A DNA stretch of 37,394 bases from an uncultured euryarchaeote (GTDB taxonomy: Archaea; Thermoplasmatota; Poseidoniia; Poseidoniales; Poseidoniaceae), in contig CALCOP010000094.1 of the NCBI GenBank assembly GCA_937897365.1, positions 1 through 37,394 of the forward strand, in the 5' to 3' direction. The notes below the pieces were generated by a model. It was not told the origin of the DNA. It saw only the letters and a list, made by a program, of their open reading frames with translations, and did not search any database. Shown piece by piece: positions 26,500 through 32,870 of the stretch. Position 1 is the first letter of the stretch; the number at the start of each line of letters is the position of its first letter. The position numbers were made by a program, and so were the translations under genes.

Positions 26500-26511
26500 G
26501 AATATATAACT
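26500..26511 (-). promoter_or_regulatory. TATA box (minus strand GTTATATATTC) for the orphan 794-aa gene, probably giving a leaderless mRNA
   Basis: The plus strand reads aatatataac at 26501..26510, just downstream of the ltaE stop (26513). It is centred about 24 nt upstream of the ATG at 26481. Confidence 0.55.
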
Positions 26512-26512
26512 C

Positions 26513-27553
26513 TCACAAAGTTGCAAATGTTTCGATAATTCGCTGAATGTCCTCATCTGTGATGTGCAAATGAACCACGATTCTGCATGCGTGAGGTTGG
26601 ATATCCATGACATCAATGCCAGAACTTTGTAATTTTTTCATAACCTGAGTTGCAGGTATTTCGGATTGGAAATAAACCATGTTGGTTTCGACTGTGTCCA
26701 TATCGACATCGAATCCATCAATTTCCTGAATCGCCTCAGCGAGCTTCTTTGTTCGACGATGGTCGTCTTCAAGCCGTTGAATATTGTTGTCAAGAGCATA
26801 CAAACAAGCAGCTGCTAATATTCCAGATTGCCTCATACCACCGCCAAACATCTTTCTCCAACGATGTGCACGAGCGATGAAAGTTGAAGAGCCAACCAAG
26901 ACTGAACCTACTGGAGCACCAAGCCCTTTTGAAAAACAAATCGAAACCGAATCATAGTCTCGAACCATACGATCGACTGGTGTTTTGGTCGCAATAGCGG
27001 CATTAAAAATTCGGGCGCCATCCATATGGGTTGCACAATCATTGGCTTTGGCAAGTGCTGCAATTTGGTCCAGTGTCTCTTGAGAGTAACACGCACCACC
27101 ACCGCGATTTGACGTGTTTTCGACGCAAACAAGTGAACCATCGGGGTAATGGGATAGTGAACCTGCCTGCTTTCGTATAGCATTCTCTACATCTTCAACT
27201 CGCATCAAACCTCCATGCACGTCAACTAAGGCAATTGAAGCACCGCACAGGGCAGCATAACCTCCGCCTTCATAGAGATAAATATGGCTGTTTTTGGCAG
27301 TGATAATCTCATCGCCAGGCGAGGTGTGCGCTCGTAGTGCAATCGCATTTGACATGGTCCCGGAGGGGACAAAAAGACCGGCTTCTTTCCCACACATTTC
27401 TGCGAGTCGCTGCTCAAGAAGTGTGACTGTTGGGTCATCACCGAGAACATCATCACCAACCGCAGCCAAATTCATTGCTGCTCGCATTTCAGGAGTAGGT
27501 TGAGTGACGGTGTCTGAACGCAAATCAACACGGTCCGATGAGTAGTCTCGCAT
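26513..27553 (-). CDS. ltaE: Low-specificity L-threonine aldolase (PLP-dependent, fold type I)
   Basis: 346 aa. N-terminal DLRSDTVTQPTPEMR, GDDVLGDDPT, SGTMSNAIALRAH, MDGARIFNA, and the PLP-lysine context SICFSKGLGAPVGS. Confidence 0.85.
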   Translation of the reverse strand: MRDYSSDRVDLRSDTVTQPTPEMRAAMNLAAVGDDVLGDDPTVTLLEQRLAEMCGKEAGLFVPSGTMSNAIALRAHTSPGDEIITAKNSHIYLYEGGGYAALCGASIALVDVHGGLMRVEDVENAIRKQAGSLSHYPDGSLVCVENTSNRGGGACYSQETLDQIAALAKANDCATHMDGARIFNAAIATKTPVDRMVRDYDSVSICFSKGLGAPVGSVLVGSSTFIARAHRWRKMFGGGMRQSGILAAACLYALDNNIQRLEDDHRRTKKLAEAIQEIDGFDVDMDTVETNMVYFQSEIPATQVMKKLQSSGIDVMDIQPHACRIVVHLHITDEDIQRIIETFATL

Positions 27554-27596
27554 ACCACTCGCAAAGCGCCTCTCTTCATCAAATCGATGGAAGTGC

Positions 27597-28013
27597 TTAG
27601 AGCAACTTCAAATGGCCTGTGACCTGTTCAAGGAGAGGTTCTGTATCGGGTCCGAGCGCCAGTACCGTAAGAGAGCCGGCGGGTATTTGCGTATGTCCGG
27701 CATCACGAACGAGTGTCGTGGAAATTCCTGCTGCTTTCGCTTGCTTTTCGAGTTCTAAAAGATGATCTGCATCAAGAGCTTTGAGACAGACTTTCTTCTG
27801 ACCAGTAGCAAGCCATTGCTCAAGGTACAATGGCTTTTCAGCACCTGCTTGCATTGTTGCCATGACAGCACCATGACCTACTTGTGCAGCAATTTTACCC
27901 TTGCCCATTTTCAATTGGTGGTTGACGATACAGACCATTTTACAAGGTGCATCAGGGAAATTACCCGAGACAGTTGGCGCAGTAATTCTATGAAGAAATG
28001 AACGGAATCCCAT
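27597..28013 (-). CDS. pth2: Peptidyl-tRNA hydrolase, archaeal/eukaryotic Pth2 type (paralog 1)
   Basis: 138 aa. LKMGKGKIAAQVGHGAV, KKVCLKA and VRDAGHTQIPAGSLTVLALGP. The ATG at 28013 has AGGTG 6 nt upstream. A shorter 113-aa form starting at the ATG at 27938 is possible. Confidence 0.85.
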   Translation of the reverse strand: MGFRSFLHRITAPTVSGNFPDAPCKMVCIVNHQLKMGKGKIAAQVGHGAVMATMQAGAEKPLYLEQWLATGQKKVCLKALDADHLLELEKQAKAAGISTTLVRDAGHTQIPAGSLTVLALGPDTEPLLEQVTGHLKLL

Positions 28014-28021
28014 AGCAGCAC

Positions 28022-28390
28022 CTAGTAAGGTTTCAATTCCGAAACTAAAGCATCGATTGCTCGACGAGGTGCGGGACCAATACCGAGAACTGTGACTGTT
28101 CCGGGTGGTATTTCGGTATGGCCTGCATCTTTTACCAAATATGTAACGAGTCCAGCAACTTGTGCCTGACCCGCAAGTCGTTGAAGAGTTGCTAAGTCTT
28201 CTGCACGCAAACAGACCTTACGAGCACCTGCATTTCTCCAGCGTTCGACAAGACGAGCGTGGGACTTACGAGCATTCAGAGTGCAAGAAACAGCAGCGTG
28301 AGAACACTGAACTGCGAGTTTTCCTGCTGACATCTTTAAATCATGCCGGGCGACAAGAACCATCGTTGGCTCGTCAACCATCGATGCCAT
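28022..28390 (-). CDS. pth2: Peptidyl-tRNA hydrolase, Pth2 type (paralog 2, more basic)
   Basis: 122 aa. LKMSAGKLAVQCSHAAV, RKVCLRA and VKDAGHTEIPPGTVTVLGIGP. GGTGGTGA lies upstream of the ATG. It sits immediately upstream of paralog 1 with an 8-nt gap. Confidence 0.85.
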   Translation of the reverse strand: MASMVDEPTMVLVARHDLKMSAGKLAVQCSHAAVSCTLNARKSHARLVERWRNAGARKVCLRAEDLATLQRLAGQAQVAGLVTYLVKDAGHTEIPPGTVTVLGIGPAPRRAIDALVSELKPY

Positions 28391-29045
28391 GGCCGTTCAC
28401 CACCGCAAATTCGATTTCTTCAAGCGTGGGTTCCTCTTCTAAGAGATTGTAAAACCATCTTCCAAGCCAAACGGTAAATGTTAGATTGCCAATCACATGG
28501 AGGAAGTCAAACGGCAAACCATGGCCGAGATAAATCATAAACTCGTAAAGACCAATTGTTCCATCAAGAAGTGATAAAGATACAAAGAAGTCAAACCATA
28601 GAGCTGCTATAACAGATGCAATGCACACCCGACCCAAATTCAAACCTGCTGAAGTGACCAGAGGGAGACGGGACCCTGCAACAGCAATGCTCGCCCATCC
28701 AATTGCTTGGAAGGCAGTCCACCATCCGTCGCCCATGAACATGTTCGATATCATCGCAACAAGAACTGCGAAAGCAGCACCGCGTCGAGCACCGAGTTGG
28801 GCACCGACCAAAAGCGCAGCAACCGTAACCGGTTGAACATTGGGGAGTGGTTCCATAACGACTCGGATTAACGAGACGGAAACGACCAAACAAACCATGA
28901 ACAAAGAATCGAATACGGGTCTCTTCGTAGGACGAGAAAGAAGAATGAATGCAGTGCCAAGTAAAAGAGCATCCAACAACAACTCTGAGAGAGGTGAAAG
29001 AACCGGGCCGTGGACGCCCATTGCTTGGAACATAAAACAACCCAA
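28374..29045 (-). CDS. Integral membrane protein resembling a solitary ECF-transporter S component (DUF6580-like)
   Basis: About 220 aa with 5-6 hydrophobic helices. The pattern EPLPNVQPVTVAALLVGAQLGARRGA followed by SNMFMGDGWWTAFQAIGW resembles the PNf-P...A..l.G signature of vitamin S components, recalled from memory. The track start is a TTG at 29045; an ATG at 29033 is the alternative. It overlaps the pth2 paralog 2 start by 17 nt. Confidence 0.45.
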   Translation of the reverse strand: MGCFMFQAMGVHGPVLSPLSELLLDALLLGTAFILLSRPTKRPVFDSLFMVCLVVSVSLIRVVMEPLPNVQPVTVAALLVGAQLGARRGAAFAVLVAMISNMFMGDGWWTAFQAIGWASIAVAGSRLPLVTSAGLNLGRVCIASVIAALWFDFFVSLSLLDGTIGLYEFMIYLGHGLPFDFLHVIGNLTFTVWLGRWFYNLLEEEPTLEEIEFAVVNGHGIDG

Positions 29046-29074
29046 GAGGGTTGATGATTTGAGGCTTACCTAAG

Positions 29075-30775
29075 TTAGACTGGAGTCCAGCGAACAATTG
29101 TGGAAGATTCTATGCTAGCGGAATCAACGGACATTACGCCTTTTGAGCCATCTGTGAAGTATTCCCACCCTTTGGCCTCAACGCCATTAATTGATTCGAT
29201 ATAATAGCCAAGTTCGGTAAACTCACCATCGATTTCAAAACCGAGCTCATCACATGCTTCTTGAGTAAGAGAATATACGGTCAGATGGCCAGTTAAACCG
29301 CCAACGGCATGCTCTTCTCCATCCATCTCTATGATGACAATTTGCGTATCGAGCCAAGAGTCTGGCCATTGAGCATTCCATAGCTCCTCCTCTTGTTCAG
29401 TCGGGAATTGTTCATCAAAAATCTTCGACCACTGGGTAGATAAATCTGGAAGAATGAGAAGAAGAATAATGAGGAAAAACAAGCTTGAAGTTCGGTAAAA
29501 CCAATCCATTTTCCCATTCAAAAAGAGAACAGTAGACGAACCTATCAGCATAAAGATGATGAAAAGAAGACCTTGAGTACCCCAATCAAAATCTGCTTGG
29601 TGTTGAATCAATGGTTCATCAACTTCCACAATGGCTCGAGTAAAAACTCGTAAGAGTGCTTGATCGTTACCAAAAACAGTGAAGACCTGGTCATTGGCAG
29701 TAAATTGCAGCGGAGCCGCAGTCCCGAATCCATAAATCCCAACATCAAGCGAAGTGTAAGTGAGATTTTCACGTTCGTCAAAAGTAAACAATCCCCAGTT
29801 CGAATCAGGGGTATTTGAAGGAGCAAGAATAACACCGTCATCAAGCCAACGTAATTCACCGTTGGTATGAAACGGTAAATCTCCAACTTGACGACAAAGT
29901 GCAGTACACGAGAATATCTGAAGAGAAGAAGAGTCTCCTGTAACTAAAGAGGTCCCATGTAAACTTGGCTTTGCGGGAGACGGGCCTCCTGGAAATTGTT
30001 GAATGACACTCCCATTTGAAACATCAATAACCGCAATCGTGCTTGAGGAAACAGCCTGTGCGTGAACGACCAGTCCAGCACCAGTCAAAAGAGGTGAATG
30101 GCGAATTTTCCCAAGACCGAGTGGATAGGAAAGTGATTCTCCCGTCCTGTCTACATGCCAAAGTACTCCATACTCATCACCTAAAAAATATCCAGATTCG
30201 CTTACGGAAACGCCATTTCTCCAACCAAGTCCAGTCTGAGTCCACCACTGTTGTTCCCCATCGGCTAAACAATACTGACCTACTCCCCGACGGGTTGGAA
30301 CGATGACATATTCACCATCCAAGGCAAATTCTCCCGTCACCCCCCATCCAGCAACCTCGGATTGAACTGACCAGAATAACGTACCATCCGAAGGCAGAAG
30401 AGCCTCAATCCGACCATCTGTCCATCCAACAAGAACCATTTCTGGCCATTCGCCACAGTCACCTTGCCCCGCAGATACGTGGATGAGAGGCGACATGTCA
30501 TTACTCAATGAACGATTGTTAATACGTTGCCAAAGTTTCTCTCCAGCAAGGTCAAAAGCGGTGACTGCGGGTTCTCCGTTGCCAGATGTTCGAACAAGGA
30601 TCTCTTCGCCAGTAAACAAAGCCGATGTCGATATGAAACCTGAATCAAATCCATATTCCCAAGCAAGTGAGTTTTCATTGCCCCACTCACTTTGTTGATA
30701 TTCTGCTGACGCCAAAGGAAGCAGGAGAAGACTGAGCAACAGTAACGCCGGAAAGCGTCGAGACACGTGACTCAC
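29075..30775 (-). CDS. Exported PQQ/BamB-like beta-propeller protein with two central TM helices and a C-terminal DUF4430-like domain
   Basis: 566 aa. Signal peptide RRFPALLLLSLLLLPLASA. Repeated propeller pattern (GEKLWQR, DGTLFWSV, DGEQQWWTQ, GVLWHVD). TM pair GLLFIIFMLIGSSTVLFL and SLFFLIILLLILP. The C-terminal YIESINGVEAKGWEYFTDGSKGVMSVDSASIESSTIVRW fits the DUF4430 pattern (sI.G....gW.y.vNG...g.d...l..gd.i.W). The GTG start overlaps the gatE stop (GTGA). Confidence 0.6.
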   Translation of the reverse strand: MSHVSRRFPALLLLSLLLLPLASAEYQQSEWGNENSLAWEYGFDSGFISTSALFTGEEILVRTSGNGEPAVTAFDLAGEKLWQRINNRSLSNDMSPLIHVSAGQGDCGEWPEMVLVGWTDGRIEALLPSDGTLFWSVQSEVAGWGVTGEFALDGEYVIVPTRRGVGQYCLADGEQQWWTQTGLGWRNGVSVSESGYFLGDEYGVLWHVDRTGESLSYPLGLGKIRHSPLLTGAGLVVHAQAVSSSTIAVIDVSNGSVIQQFPGGPSPAKPSLHGTSLVTGDSSSLQIFSCTALCRQVGDLPFHTNGELRWLDDGVILAPSNTPDSNWGLFTFDERENLTYTSLDVGIYGFGTAAPLQFTANDQVFTVFGNDQALLRVFTRAIVEVDEPLIQHQADFDWGTQGLLFIIFMLIGSSTVLFLNGKMDWFYRTSSLFFLIILLLILPDLSTQWSKIFDEQFPTEQEEELWNAQWPDSWLDTQIVIIEMDGEEHAVGGLTGHLTVYSLTQEACDELGFEIDGEFTELGYYIESINGVEAKGWEYFTDGSKGVMSVDSASIESSTIVRWTPV

Positions 30776-32829
30776 TCCGAAAGTTTCTGAATAGCTTCGC
30801 GAAGCAGAGCACTAACGACCTTCCCATCTGCAGCGCCAACTGCCTGCATGACAACACCCATGAGAGGCCCCATGGCACCCATCCCACGCTCTTTGACAAA
30901 GTCAGCCCGTTCGGCAACAATTGATTCAATAATTGCCCCCAGATCACCCTCATCTACAGGTTTGAAGCCTTGTGCCTCTCCAAAAGCGGCGATTTCTTCA
31001 CTGCTCGGTGTGCGGCCGTTAAAGTGTTCAATGATTTCATTCATCGATTCACGAGTAACGAGTCCTGCTTCTTTGACCGCCATGACATTAGCACACAGTT
31101 CAGGGTCTGCAGCATCGTTCTCAAGAACGACACTTGCCCAGCCTTTGTGAGGTAATTGAGATGCATATGCAACAAAAACATCGTCTAATTCCCTCGCCAA
31201 TAATTGGCTTGCTTGGTCATTTGACACTTCGTATTGTGAAATCCTTTCTTGCCTTTCATCATCCGTCATTGGAAGTGATTCAAGCGTTTTCTGCCAGCGG
31301 TCTGGATGAATTGGATAGACAGGAACATCTGTTTCGGGATACATTCGTGCACCCCCGGGCAAAGGGCGCATCGGGGAAGTAGTACCATCTTCTGGAGCAC
31401 CTTTCTTAACAACAACATTTCGAACTTCCTGAGGGATTCGATGCCACGCCATACGGGCGCGAGCAAGCACGCTTTCAAGAGCCAACTCTGCCTGCCATGA
31501 CGGTGCTAAACACAACACAAATCCATCACTTGATTCAAGTGAAAGATGGTTTCGAACCGCATCTACATGCTCAGTTTCAATCCCGTAAGCAGGTAATTCA
31601 TCAGAATGAAAAACCCCTTTGACGCCGGCCAATTTTGCTGCTCCAGCCAACTCACGACCGAGGCGAGGTAATTGTGCGCCTTCCTTATCTTCTGATTTAA
31701 CACCGAATTTGCCAGCGAGGCCCTGCAGAGGGAGTGCAAGCATAACCGAACCACTGCTCAAACCTGTTTGAACCATTTTTGATTCACAAGATGTAAATTG
31801 TTCGCTGACATTTTCTAAGGTAAGTGGGAGATACTCTGCTACAGATTGAGCAACCTCAGCTTCAAGAGATGCATCATCACTTCTGCGGTCTGGTGGAAGA
31901 GGTGGTGAGGAAGTTAACGTTCGTAATTCATTGGCGAGACGATAAAAGTGCAACTGCCTTGACATTTCAAGTCGGATAATACGAGGAATCCAGGAAAGGT
32001 CTTGACAACCTTTGATCTCTACACGGTCTCCACATGCCAATGACACATTGAGATCTTGTCGAATGCTGCCAAGACCTCTGCGAACTTTACGCGTTTGACG
32101 CAAACATCTTCCCAGCGCCATGGAGGTTTCTTTTGCATGTTCTGGACTCTGTACATCAGGTGCAGTGGCAATCTCAATCAACGGCAGCCCTAAGCGGTCA
32201 AGGTTGTAGATGACTTGCTCTCCATCGCCTGTTGAAACCGTTTCCAATTTTCGAGCACTGTCTTCTTCAAGGCACAATACATCGATGCCTACAGGTCCTG
32301 TTTCAGTTTCAAGAACGCCATCAATGGAAACCAAAGAAGTACGCTGAAAACCGCTGGTGTTCGAACCATCAACAACGGTTTTTCGCATCGTTTGGAGAAG
32401 TGTTACGGGCTTAGCATCAAGCAAGGCAGAGACCGTTAAAGCAATAGAAACAGCATCTTCATCGTGGGGAAGTGGTGGCTGCTCATCGAGCTCGATTAAG
32501 CCTGCATTTGGGGATTGGACATAGACAAAAGAACGGTTACGCCGTGTTTCAAAGCGGGCCGCAATATCAACTGCGCCACCTTCTCCACGTGCTGCACGTA
32601 GACGGCGGTCGAATCGCTTCCATTGTTCTGGAACGGTGTCAATCGTCACATCATAAAGTACGCCGGGTTGACGAGAATGTAACTTCCCAGTGGCGAGTTG
32701 TTGGTGAACTTCAATGCCGCACATAAAGCCTAATTCTGACGGAATGAGCGCTTCTGCATCAGCGACTTCGCCGACCGGTTCTGTGCGAATTGGGTCGGCC
32801 ATGCTCCAGCGGAGGCGTTCATCATTCAA
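30772..32829 (-). CDS. gatE: Glutamyl-tRNA(Gln) amidotransferase subunit E (archaeal GatE)
   Basis: GatB/GatE N-terminal signature GFMCGIEVHQQLATGKLHSR, a central AspRS-like insertion, and a C-terminal YqeY-like tail (GMGAMGPLMGVVMQ). The track start is a TTG at 32829. The ATG at 32802 (MADPIR), with GGAG upstream, is more likely. Confidence 0.85.
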   Translation of the reverse strand: MNDERLRWSMADPIRTEPVGEVADAEALIPSELGFMCGIEVHQQLATGKLHSRQPGVLYDVTIDTVPEQWKRFDRRLRAARGEGGAVDIAARFETRRNRSFVYVQSPNAGLIELDEQPPLPHDEDAVSIALTVSALLDAKPVTLLQTMRKTVVDGSNTSGFQRTSLVSIDGVLETETGPVGIDVLCLEEDSARKLETVSTGDGEQVIYNLDRLGLPLIEIATAPDVQSPEHAKETSMALGRCLRQTRKVRRGLGSIRQDLNVSLACGDRVEIKGCQDLSWIPRIIRLEMSRQLHFYRLANELRTLTSSPPLPPDRRSDDASLEAEVAQSVAEYLPLTLENVSEQFTSCESKMVQTGLSSGSVMLALPLQGLAGKFGVKSEDKEGAQLPRLGRELAGAAKLAGVKGVFHSDELPAYGIETEHVDAVRNHLSLESSDGFVLCLAPSWQAELALESVLARARMAWHRIPQEVRNVVVKKGAPEDGTTSPMRPLPGGARMYPETDVPVYPIHPDRWQKTLESLPMTDDERQERISQYEVSNDQASQLLARELDDVFVAYASQLPHKGWASVVLENDAADPELCANVMAVKEAGLVTRESMNEIIEHFNGRTPSSEEIAAFGEAQGFKPVDEGDLGAIIESIVAERADFVKERGMGAMGPLMGVVMQAVGAADGKVVSALLREAIQKLSE

Positions 32830-32870
32830 GACTACAACCCTTCAATCGAGAAGAAAGAGTCTTTCAAATA

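Noticed and set aside
26482-26616. 45-aa N-terminal extension of the 839-aa ORF
   Set aside because: It would overlap the 3' end of ltaE by about 100 nt. The internal ATG at 26481 is preceded by a TATA box and is followed immediately by the zinc-ribbon motif.
28591-29097. 168-aa alternative-frame ORF over the S-component-like gene
   Set aside because: It has a Cys/Arg/Ser-rich composition, and it overlaps the frame that shows coherent TM helices.
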